DNA of 64,000 nucleotides from Octopus sinensis. Its lineage: Eukaryota. A program made the translations under genes and the position numbers. Where the stretch lies: contig NC_043003.1 in assembly GCF_006345805.1 (NCBI RefSeq), positions 71,982,001 to 72,046,000 on the forward strand, given 5' to 3'. The notes beneath the pieces are model-generated. The model saw nothing but the letters and a program-made list of their open reading frames with translations. It was not told the DNA's origin and did not search any database. Each line of letters starts with the position of its first letter. Positions within the stretch are counted from its first letter, which is position 1. This document shows positions 25,180 through 34,823 of the stretch, piece after piece.

Positions 25180-26657
25180 TGCCCGCGTGGTATAACGAAC
25201 TTAAAATGCTACGAGAGAATGAGAGAAAAAACGGGAAAAAGCATAAAAGGTAGAAGGTTGAAAAACTGCCAAACGTGCATGGAAACAGAAAGATGCAAAA
25301 GTTGGGTTTAGAGTTATTTCCCCTTAGACCGTAAAATATGAGGCTGAAAAGATACTGGCTTAGAGTCTATAGAGACCGGAGAGGGTGACACTTTTCAATT
25401 CCCGAAAAGGAATTTAGCCATACGTTTACAACCGATGGAAATTTTGGATCTAGAATTATTAGTGTGTTAGAGTTCTTAGATCTGAAAAGAATCTGAGTTC
25501 TTTTAGCTACGCATAGCGTACAATTTTTGAGGGTCTCTTTATATTAAACACATTGAGATCTAAGATCACCCACGTAGGTCTATACCGAGACGACAGATCG
25601 AGTATTTCCCATGGCTGTGATAAATTTAGATAACAACCCTAGATAAATTTAGGTAACAACTTACTTCCATCTTCAGTCAATTAGGCCTTAAAATCACAGT
25701 CGCTACTAATCTGTCTAAAGTTGATTTTTGTAGATATTTCTCTAGACCTGAACTCCTCCTCCTATTAACCTTACCATAAACCCAACGAGAAAATTTCCTA
25801 CATATATAAACAGTGTTGACACCCCCACTGTAGTATTTAAAAACCTAATAGCTAACATTAATAACTGAATTTCTAACCTCTCTTCTTCTAAAGAAATTTT
25901 CGAGAAGGCATCTCTCTGCTACAACAATGGCCATACCAATGGTGGCTTTAAGGATGAATTAATGCATAACCTCTCTAATATTAATCGGAATAATGATAGA
26001 CCTAAATAAAGAATATAATTTGGTTCCCCCACTTTTTCCCTTAACGTAAAAACTAACACAGGTAAAAGATTCTAGTCTCTCCTTGACAAACATTTTCCAG
26101 AAAATCTCAGGAAAAGGAAAATATTTAACAGCCGCTCAGTAAAATTATCATATAGCTGCTGCCCCAAAATGAAAAGTATTATTACACGAGAGCAACACCA
26201 AGAGCCCGCTTCCAGTTGTAACTGTCGAGACCCAGGAACCTGTCTATTCGATGTATGATTAAATCCGTCATATATGAGGCAGACGTTACCGCAACACTAG
26301 ATGATAACACAACCGATAAGAAAAGCTATAACGGATTATGTGAAGGTGAATTAAAAAACCGCCATGCTAATTACATATCCTCCTTCCAACAGAGGGACAA
26401 AAAAAAAACTACTAAGTTGGCTAGCCACGTATAAGTTTTGAAGTCAAACGCTACACCACATTCAGTAGAGTGGAAAATAGTAGAAAAATCTATACCATAA
26501 GGGGATATAACTATAATTTTCCCCTTTTGCTTCTTTCTGTTTTCTCGTTCGTTTTCCGGTTTTCACTCTTCCACCTTTTATATCTCCTTTTTTCTCGCCT
26601 TTTCTTGCTTTTTTCCTATCCTATCGTCAACGTTTAGTTCGTTATGTCATGTGGACA

Positions 26658-26741
26658 GTGACTGATGATCGTGCTAGGGCACTAGATGTGTTTTAAAATA
26701 CTGTCTAGCATGCTCTCAGCGCATGAAACTAATAGAAGCAC
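26658..26741 (+). ncRNA. Degenerate hammerhead, same family as 25096-25179
   Basis: GTGA CTGATGA TCGTGC...GCGCAT GAAA CTAATAG AA GCAC. U16.1 is mutated to A and one stem I pair is lost. Confidence 0.55.
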
Positions 26742-27023
26742 ATAAAAAACATATGTTCTTTAAATAATGTAGTTATCTCTCACCAGATGGAGTGCATTTT
26801 TTGTTGATCTTACCATGATGGAACAGTAAACTATATATATAGTATATATATTCGTATGGCGATAACTATTAATATCCAGTAACGCTGCCGTAATCTCCTT
26901 TAGAGAGACTTAGTAATTTTAATATATCTATTATTGAAAACAAGTGGATGTATTCCACTGAGACTAGGTAAATAAAGCCTTCGACCTGGGACGATCAGTA
27001 GCGACACCTGCAAGTCTGACTAT

Positions 27024-27067
27024 GCTGCATTGATAAGGGGCAACAACCCTGAAACGTCGTCTGTAGC
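27024..27067 (+). ncRNA. Type I hammerhead, U3-A8 core variant (unit 1)
   Basis: GCTGCA TTGATAA GGGG caacaa CCCT GAAA CGTCG TC | TGTAGC. Predicted cleavage after 27061. Confidence 0.7.
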
Positions 27068-27389
27068 TGTCTGACTGGCAGGATGAAGCGGCTGACCTCC
27101 CTTGTTCGAAGGTTTTTTAATGGACGCAGGTTCGTGTGTCAAATAGCTAGCTTGAGGCGTGGCCTCATGGAGCTAACCAGCGACAGCTTTAGTCTTATAT
27201 TTATAAAACTGCCATATTAGTATGGCGATAACTATTCAATTCCAGTAACGCTGCCGTAATCTCCTTTACAGAGACTTAGTAATTTTAATATTTCTATTAT
27301 TGAAAACAAGTGGATGTATTCCACTGAAACTAGGTAAATAAAGCCTTCGACCTGGGACGATCAGTAGCGACACCTGCAAGTCAGACAAC

Positions 27390-27433
27390 GCTGCATTGAT
27401 AAGGGGTAACAACCCTGAAACGTCGTCTGTAGC
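27390..27433 (+). ncRNA. Type I hammerhead, U3-A8 core variant (unit 2)
   Basis: GCTGCA TTGATAA GGGGT AACA ACCCT GAAA CGTCG TC | TGTAGC. Stem I is extended by AGTCAGACA/TGTCTGACT and CCTGC/GCAGG. Predicted cleavage after 27427. Confidence 0.75.
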
Positions 27434-27666
27434 TGTCTGACTGGCAGGATGAAGCGGCTGACCTCCCTTGTTCGAAGGTTTTTTAATGGACGCAGGTTCG
27501 TGTGTCAAATAGCTAGCTTGAGACGGTGGCCTCATGGAGCTAACCAGCGACAGCTTTAGTCTTATATTTATAAAACTGCCATATTAGTATGGCGATAACT
27601 ATTAATTTCCAGTAACGCTGCCGAAATCTCCTTTAGAGAGACTTAGTAATTTTAATATTTCTATTA

Positions 27667-27718
<52 letters not shown>

Positions 27719-27720
27719 AC

Positions 27721-28131
27721 TCTTACTCTTTACTCTTTTACTTGTTTCAGTCATTTGACTGCGGCCATGCTGGAGCACCGCCTTTAGTCGAGCAAATCGA
27801 CCCCGGGACTTATTTATTGTAAGCCCAGTCCTTATTCTATCGGTCCCTTTTGCCGAACCGCTAAGTGACGGGGACGTAAACACACCAGCTTCGGTTGTCA
27901 AGCAATGCTAGGGGGACAAACACAGACACACAAACACACACATACATATATATACATATACATATATACGACAGGCTTCTTTCAGTTTCCGTCTACCAAA
28001 TCCACTCACAAGGCATTGGTCGGCCCGGGGCTATAGCAGAAGACACTTGCCCAAGATGCCACGCAGTGGGACTGAACCCGGAACCATGTGGTTGGTTAGC
28101 AAGCTACTTACCACACAGCCACTCCTGCGCC
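27721..28131 (-). mobile_element. Full-length SINE family A
   Basis: Minus head ggcgcaggagtggctgtgtggtaag (A-box-like) and gggttcagtccca (B-box-like), internal CA/TA tract, tail ...ctgaaacaagtaaaagagtaaagagtaaga. Confidence 0.95.
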
Positions 28132-28192
<61 letters not shown>

Positions 28193-28348
28193 TATAAAAT
28201 AAATATAAGAGAGTGGTCACTATATGGCTCACTCTAGCACCAGTTAATCCAAAAGGTTTCAACCACAAAAATACATGTTTCCCATGAAGTCAGTACGATT
28301 GTTAGCTCACACGGACAGGGCAAATAAAAAATAACAAAAATACAGATT

Positions 28349-28431
28349 ATTTTGGGACAATTGTTTCGATATTAATGAATTAAATGTAATTTTACTTACA
28401 AAAAATCCACTTGTAGCTCGTCAGCCAAAAC
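28349..28431 (-). ncRNA. Canonical-core type I hammerhead (one stem II mismatch)
   Basis: Minus strand: GTTTTGG CTGACGA GCTA...TATC GAAA CAATTG TC | CCAAAAT. Confidence 0.75.
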
Positions 28432-28879
28432 TATCTGGATGAAATCCACTCAATCACACGCCAGATTTTACCATAACGATAAATACGCGTGTGGTTCAAT
28501 TGATTACATCCGACGTTATAATTCAAATGCCCCAACTAACAGCGCGCCAAACTTTCACGGAAAACAAATACAGCATTTAGAAATAAATGCAGCATAATTA
28601 TAATTAATTAATAAGGGTGAGAGAATTAGATACTAATTTAATAGTATATCTATCAACACCAAGTGGCCTAGTGCTCCGAGAAACCTGGATTATTATAATA
28701 TTTTATAATATATTACAATATTTTTACAAAATAAATATAAGAGAGTGGTCACTATATGGCTCACTCTAGCACCAGTTAATCCAAATGGTTTCAACCACAA
28801 AAATACATGTTTCCCATGAAAGTCAGTACGATTGTTAGCTCACACGGACAGGGCAAAAAAAATAACAAAAATACAGATT

Positions 28880-28963
28880 ATTTTGGGACAATTGTTTCGC
28901 TATTAATGAATTAAATGTAAGTTTACTTACAAAAAAATCCACTTGTAGCTCGTCAGCCAAAAC
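28880..28963 (-). ncRNA. Intact canonical type I hammerhead
   Basis: Minus strand: GTTTTGG CTGACGA GCTA...tgtaag taaa cttaca...TAGC GAAA CAATTG TC | CCAAAAT. Stem I 7 bp, proximal stem II 4 bp, palindromic ACAATTGT, GUC triplet. Confidence 0.85.
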
Positions 28964-29198
28964 TATCTGGATGAAATCCACTCAATCACACGCCATATTT
29001 TACCATAACGATAAATACGCGTGTGGTTCAATTGATTACATCCGACGTTATAATTCAAATGCCCCAACTAACAGCGCGCCAAACTTTCACGGAAAACAAA
29101 TACAGCATTTAGAAATAAATGCAGCATAATTATAATTAATTAATAAGGGTGAGAGATGTACGTATGTATATATGTGTACGTGTACGTGTACTTGTGTA

Positions 29199-30040
29199 GG
29201 CGCCAGTGTGGCTGTGTGGTAAGAAGTTTGCTTCCCAACCACATGGTTCTGGGTTCAATCCGACTAAGCAGCATTTTGGGCAAGTGTATTCTATTATAGG
29301 CTTGGGCTGTCCAAAGCCTTGTGAGTGGATTTGGTAGACAGTGTGTGGGTGCGCTTCTGTGTCTTAATGCCTGTGTTTGTCCTCTGCTCCACCGCTTGAC
29401 AACTGTTGTCTTCTTCTTCTTCTTCTTCTTCTTCTTCTTCTTCTTCTTCTTCTTCTTCTTCTTCTTCTTCTTCTTCTTCTTCTTCTTCTTCTTCTTCTTC
29501 TTCCAATCAGGACTCACACCATTAGCCATAAAAAATAATCTCTAATTCGAGCTTAGTCAAAGCTACCAAGAATGTGTGTGGCAACTTGAAGATCCACCCA
29601 CCACACGCGATAGACTGGCGGTTGCACGGGCGCGAAAGCTGCGTTGTTACCCTCATTCCGTAAACGGTGTCTTTTAACGGGTGGAGAGCTGAACCATCCT
29701 GGGGTACAGAGGATTCGCAATCTAGACTAGAGTTTGAAAGTTTACCACACCATAGCGGGTTACACCATGGTTCTTCTGCTTTGTGGTAGAAGTAGGAAGA
29801 AAGAGTGAGAGAAAGTTGTAGTGAAAGAGTACAGCGGGGTTCACCCCCCCCCCTCCCGCCGGAGCCTCGTGGAGCTCAGGTGTTTTTGCTCGATCTGGGA
29901 ATCGAAACCGCGCTCTTACGAGCGCAAGTGCGCTGCCATAACCACTGGACCATTGCGCCTCCACTGACAACTGTTGTTGGTGTGTTTAGGTCCTCGTAAT
30001 TTAGCAGTTTGACAAAGAAAACATGGCCATGCATGGTGTA
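29199..30040 (+). mobile_element. SINE family A interrupted by a SINE C-variant
   Basis: Head ggcgccagtgtggctgtgtggtaag at 29199. The body resumes tggtgtgtttaggtcctcgtaatttagc after 29977. Confidence 0.8.
29410..29964 (-). mobile_element. tRNA-derived SINE C-variant with (AAG)n tail and 13-bp TSD
   Basis: Minus head gtggaggcgcaatggtccagtgg...ggtttcgattccc. TSD tgacaactgttgt at 29397-29409 and 29965-29977. (TTC)n at 29410-29503 is the tail. Confidence 0.85.
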
Positions 30041-30770
30041 ACATGGTCGTAAAGATTATCTGACATCCATTTTTCAGCTTGTGAGAAGGTGCTATGTCGT
30101 GTTGAACCATGTATTGCTTTCCACAGCTAATTTAATAATTGTCTCCAGCATCTCAACGTTCCCAGCAGCATTGATTCTAAGACCACTTCAGAAACCATCG
30201 CAGTTGCTGGAAAATTAGTGAGCCCTCTCCAGAGACTTCAGAAGATCTGCAAATAACCATCTGTTCTCCAGTTACACTTTTGGTCTTGGCCGAAATATTT
30301 TTCATGAAAGAACTGCATCCCGTGTTCGTGAGGAATTTAACAATCTTAGTTTGTGCTTGGTATGGATCAGTAAGTATTCCTGTAACTTTCCAACTGGTGT
30401 CGAATGTTCTTGCGTACCACGATTTTGATAGTCCACTTTGACGCCTGAATTTCTTTTGTGTCGAAGACATTAATTTTTCGAGATCATCATTAATAATGTT
30501 TAGATTGAAATGCGGTGTTCTTATAGTGTCCAAACGTTTAGAATTTCTTTTTCTCCCTGGTACAGTCGAAACATTTCCACGAAAGGCTTCAAATTCAATC
30601 TGAACTTTGAGTACAAATGATCTCACAGCATTTAGAAAGTCGGCAATGACTAAGTCGCTGTTTTCCGCCCATATGGCCACAATGACTGCATGCCATTTCA
30701 ATTTTTGTGTTTTATCTGCCGTGGCATTTTTTCTGCCGTAGATAAACTGAAAGAAAGAATTTAAAAACAA
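30025..30770 (-). mobile_element. Tc1/mariner-superfamily (maT/DD37D-like) transposase relic
   Basis: KWHAVIVAIWAENSDLVIADFL...RLDTIRTPHF at the N-terminus. Downstream VQHDIAPSHK and DNLYDHVTP resemble QQDSAPSH...NLHDHITP. Confidence 0.65.
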
Positions 30771-31158
30771 AATTGTTTGAAGAGAGTAATATACTGGTAA
30801 TTAAGTATCTTCAAATATCTCTCGCACCCAGTGCTATATGTTCTTCAGCAGAAGCAAAGTCGATTTAATTTGTACAAAAGGTTGTTTCATCTACGAACCA
30901 ATTTAATGACAAAAGGCTCTTTGATGCCAATAATAATTATCAAACTCCTGCCTGTAATTATATGGATTCCTATCACTCTCCTCTGGCAATCGCTTCAGCA
31001 GAGTGATATTTTACAAATGTAGACTGACAACATTTTTTTGCTAAAATAGAACACTACACCTAGTTGCCGGAAAATAAATTTAAAAGGTACTTACATATGC
31101 TTACGAATATACTGAACTACCTGGATAAAAGGTTTCAATTGTGAAAAACCCGTATACG

Positions 31159-31322
31159 TGCAGGAGTGGTTATGTGGTAAAATAGCTTGCTTACCAATGC
31201 ATGATTCCGGCTTCAGTCCGACTGCGTGGCACCTTGGACAAGTGACATATTATAGCCTCAGGCCGACCAAACCCTTGTCAGTGGATTTGGGAAGAAGCCC
31301 GTCGTATATATATATATATATA

Positions 31323-31403
<81 letters not shown>

Positions 31404-31533
31404 CACATATACATATATATACTCTTTTACTCTTTTTCTTGTTTCAGTCATTTGACTGTGGCCATGCGTGAGCACCTCCTTTAATAGAGCAGATCGACCC
31501 CAGGACTTATTCTTTCGAAGCCTAGTACTTATT
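31159..31533. mobile_element. SINE A head (+, 31159-31307) and inverted SINE A tail (-, 31421-31533) around (TA)n
   Basis: Sequence match to the family A head and to the reverse complement of its tail. Confidence 0.75.
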
Positions 31534-33450
31534 CACTCCTAGAAAAAGATGGTTCACTCACAAGAAACCCAATGATGATAGGTGAAACACGAAATGAGCA
31601 ATTCAGAAGTATTTTCACTCTACCCTTAGGACACTTGCAATGCAGCTGACTTTTTTTACTGCTGCAGATATAAAAACAGAGGCAGTGATGATTGATTACA
31701 TCAATATAAAGGAAGACGATGTAATAAGGGCTATAGATGAAATGAACTCAAAATCAGCTACTAGCCCGAATGGATTCCCAGCAATCCTTCTAAAAGCATA
31801 CAAGCGAGTCCTAGCAAGACCACTGCAGTCCCTCTTTCAGAGCTTCCTTGCAACTGGAAAACTTCCAAGCAAGCTGAAGGAGGGTAATATGCCCTATTCA
31901 TAAAGGAGGTGGCAGAGCAGAGATCAAAAACTACAGACCTATCTCTCTGACCTCACACATCAGCAGTGTCATGGAACGAATAGTCAGAAGAAAACTAATC
32001 ACCTTCCTTGAGGAAAATGATTTGCTGACTAACACCCAACATGGTTTCCAATCAGGAAGAAGCTGCCTGACTCAGCTCCTACAACACTATGACTGGGTGC
32101 TGAAACAACTGCTCAACCACTCAGATGCGGAAGTGATATATCTCGACTTTGCAAAGGCCTATGATAAAGTCGATCATGGAATGATATGTCACAAACTACG
32201 TGATTTCGGCACTGTCGGAAAACTGGGAGAATGGCTGCATGACTTTCTGAAGGTTAGAAGTCAGGTGGTAGTAGCCAATGGGGCAACCTCCAATGACAGG
32301 CAAGTAGTGAGTGGTGTTCTGCAAGGCACTGTTCTGAGACCACTACTGTTCATAATGGCCCTCTAAGATATGCCCTCAGCCACATAGAGAGCCACGATCA
32401 CAAGCTACGCAGATGATACAAAAGTCTCACAGGTGATACAGAACCCTGAAGACACTATGCACCTGCAATGTGAGCTGGATGAAATATATAAGTGGGCTGA
32501 AAAGACCAGCATGTAGTTTAATTGAAAAGTGTTATGATGCACGTTTGGATGCCTTCTACTCAACTCGATTTCTCTCGACTGTCTAGACTTCTCCCTCTAT
32601 ATCTACGTATTGGGCTAGCCTACTTCATCGTCTGGGGGCGTCCACACAACAAAAAGTTTCAAGCCTTGTGCTATCAGCATGCAAAACTAGATGCAATACC
32701 CAATAAATACACTGGACCTAGAGGGATAGTCAGCAATCCCAGAGACATAGTCAGTGCGAGGCATGGCCATTTACATGAGTTATGATGCATCGTTCCATGT
32801 GCATGTTGCTAAGTTAGCAATGAAAGCAGGCAGCTGACCGGATGGATTCTTAGAACTCTTAGAACAAGAGATCGAGAAACCACGATGGTCCTCTGGAGGA
32901 CATTTGTCCTAAGCCACTTTGACTATTGCTCTCAGCTATGGTCACCAACCAGTGCCAAATTAATTTCAGAAGTTGAGGCAATCCAACGAAGCTACACGAA
33001 GAAAATAGACTCTATGCAGCATATAAATTACTGATTAAGACTCTATTCCTTAGAGCGTAGGTGAGAAAGAGATGCCATAATAAACATCTGGAAGATCCTG
33101 GAGGGGACCACTGCATAGTGCGAAGGACTTCATAAAGATATAGGACAAGATACTGCAACACTCTGGGCTTCAAGAAATCACAGCACTTCAGTATCATCTC
33201 GAAGGACTTGAGAACCTGCATGGAGTGGATGTAGGTGTCTTCAAAATGGAACTGGACCTCTCGCTGTTAAGTGTCCCAGATGGACCAACTACACAGCAGG
33301 AGGTGCAGAAGAGGGCATCGGCATCAAACACCTTCATGCGCCAAATGTCAATTTCTAAAAAGAATTAGTGAAGCAAAATTATGTAGAAACACCAAACGCA
33401 GTGCCTCAGCATGATCTCAGCACATGAGCTGTAACTATATCAAACCAAAA
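31534..33450 (+). mobile_element. Second CR1-group LINE, 5'-truncated and decayed
   Basis: SATSPNGFPAILLK, QHGFQSGRSCLTQLL, YLDFAKAYDKVDH, GVLQGTVLRPLLF, YADDT. Homologous to 20243-23930 in the opposite orientation. Confidence 0.9.
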
Positions 33451-33451
33451 T

Positions 33452-33504
<53 letters not shown>

Positions 33505-33506
<2 letters not shown>

Positions 33507-33662
33507 TTGGTAGACAGTTTCCGTCTACCAAATCTTCTCACGTGGTTTTGGTCGGTCCGAGGCTTTAGTAGAAGACACTTGACCAAGTTGCCAAGCAGTG
33601 GGAATGAACCCGAACCATGTGGTTGGTAAGCAAGCTACTTACCACACACCCACTCCTGCACC
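33505..33662 (-). mobile_element. SINE A head
   Basis: Reverse complement of ggtgcaggagtgggtgtgtggtaagtagcttgc...gtagacggaaact. Confidence 0.85.
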
Positions 33663-33734
33663 TATATATATATATATATATGAAAAAACAAGTCAAAAAT
33701 AGAAAATGCTAGGATAATTTTATAGTGAATCTTT

Positions 33735-33772
33735 CAGTACCGGTTTCGGTCATTTTGAGACCTTTTCAACTG
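33735..33772 (-). ncRNA. Minimal type I hammerhead, U3-A8 variant, downstream of a PLE
   Basis: Minus strand: CAG TTGAAAA GGTC tcaaaat GACC GAAA CCGG TA | CTG, with palindromic ACCGGT. Confidence 0.7.
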
Positions 33773-34119
33773 TAAGGATTAAATAATTAAATTTAGAAAA
33801 ATTAGAAGAAAAGTTTTTTTAAAAGAATATTTCTATAGTAGTGTTCAGATATAAGTAGCATTCTGCCTTTCTCTGACTCCCTTGTTTGCACTTGTGTGTT
33901 CGAGGTCGTTGTGAGTTCTTGGTAGGGTAGGTGAAGAATAAGGAGGCTGATGTGGAGAGGGGGTGGGGAAATCTGGGAATGCCTTGATGGTCGTATTTTG
34001 AATGGTCAGTGGCTGACAGCAGTCGCAGTTCAATTCAGGAATTGTTTATGGAATTTGCGTAGGCGTCATACTGAAAGACATTAGTGACAAGGTTAAGGGG
34101 TAGAAGGTGGAGAAGTAGA

Positions 34120-34330
34120 AGAAGAAGAAGAAGATGACGATTGTTGATGATGATGATGATGAAGAAGAAGAAGAAGAAGAAGAAGAAGAAGAAGAAGAAG
34201 AAGAAGAAAGAAGAAGAAGAAGAGAAGAAGAAGAAGAAGAGAAGGAGATGATGGATGATGTGGTGATGATGATGACGACGATGATGATGATAATGATGAT
34301 GATGAAGAAGAAGAGGAAAGAAGAAAAAAA
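34120..34330. repeat. Compound (GAA)n/(GAT)n microsatellite
   Basis: Direct reading. Confidence 0.9.
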
Positions 34331-34823
34331 AAACAGAGAAGGGAGAATATGAATGGGTGAAAGTATAGCTGTAATGGGGCTGATTAGTAATGGATTCTAT
34401 GGAGTGTATTTTGTGTGTGTATATATTTCTTTTATTCTAAAGTTGAGGTATATTAATTGTTTGTCGTAGACCCGTTAAGAAGTGGCCTGTATTTTATAAT
34501 AAAGAGATTTTCTTTACTTATTCGTTGTCTCGAGGTTGTATCGTCCCTAAATTGGTAGAGGGGGAAAATCCTGAAGTTTGGTGTTTTTTTTGTTGGCGCA
34601 AGTATCTATGTGTTGGCTAAAAGCTATTTTTCTGTTTTGGGGAATTTTTATCTGGGATCTGTGCAGGGCCATTCGTTTACGCAAACCAGTTTTTTTTGGC
34701 CTATGTACTGCTCTTGACACCCGGAGCAGGTTAGTGAGTATATTAGGTTCTCCGAAGCACATGTGAAGTTGCTTTTCACTGTAAACCGTTGTCCCTGTTT
34801 GAAGGAGAACTCTGATCCCTCAA

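Larger units (their letters stand above)
25075..26850 (+). mobile_element. 5'-truncated Penelope-like element with inverted pLTR at its 5' end
   Basis: 25420-26520 translates (with lesions) to HVGLYRDD, NIIWFP, KLSYSCCP, CNCRDP and VIY...YNG (GIY-YIG). 25075-25335 is a roughly 80%-identical inverted copy of 26490-26770. Confidence 0.85.
26854..27670 (+). repeat. Tandem array of a 366-367-bp ORF-less unit (2.2 copies), one HHR per unit; retrozyme-like
   Basis: Units start gtatggcgataact at 26854, 27220 and 27587. About a dozen differences between the first two units. Bounded by (TA)n. Confidence 0.95.
28196..29156 (-). repeat. Tandem array of a ~532-bp ORF-less unit (1.8 copies), one HHR per unit
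   Basis: aaaataaatataagagagtggtcac at 28196 and 28728. About 7 differences over the ~430 bp shared. Confidence 0.95.

Noticed and set aside
26854-29156. CRISPR-like or satellite interpretation of the tandem arrays
   Set aside because: Units are 366 and 532 bp with no unique spacers, in a eukaryotic context with no cas genes. The low copy number and internal HHR fit retroelement-derived repeats better.
29140-29545. Poly-K/E/F ORFs (also poly-T/V/Y at 57935-58513 and poly-E at 34134-34352)
   Set aside because: Trinucleotide microsatellites; here the (AAG)n tail of a SINE.
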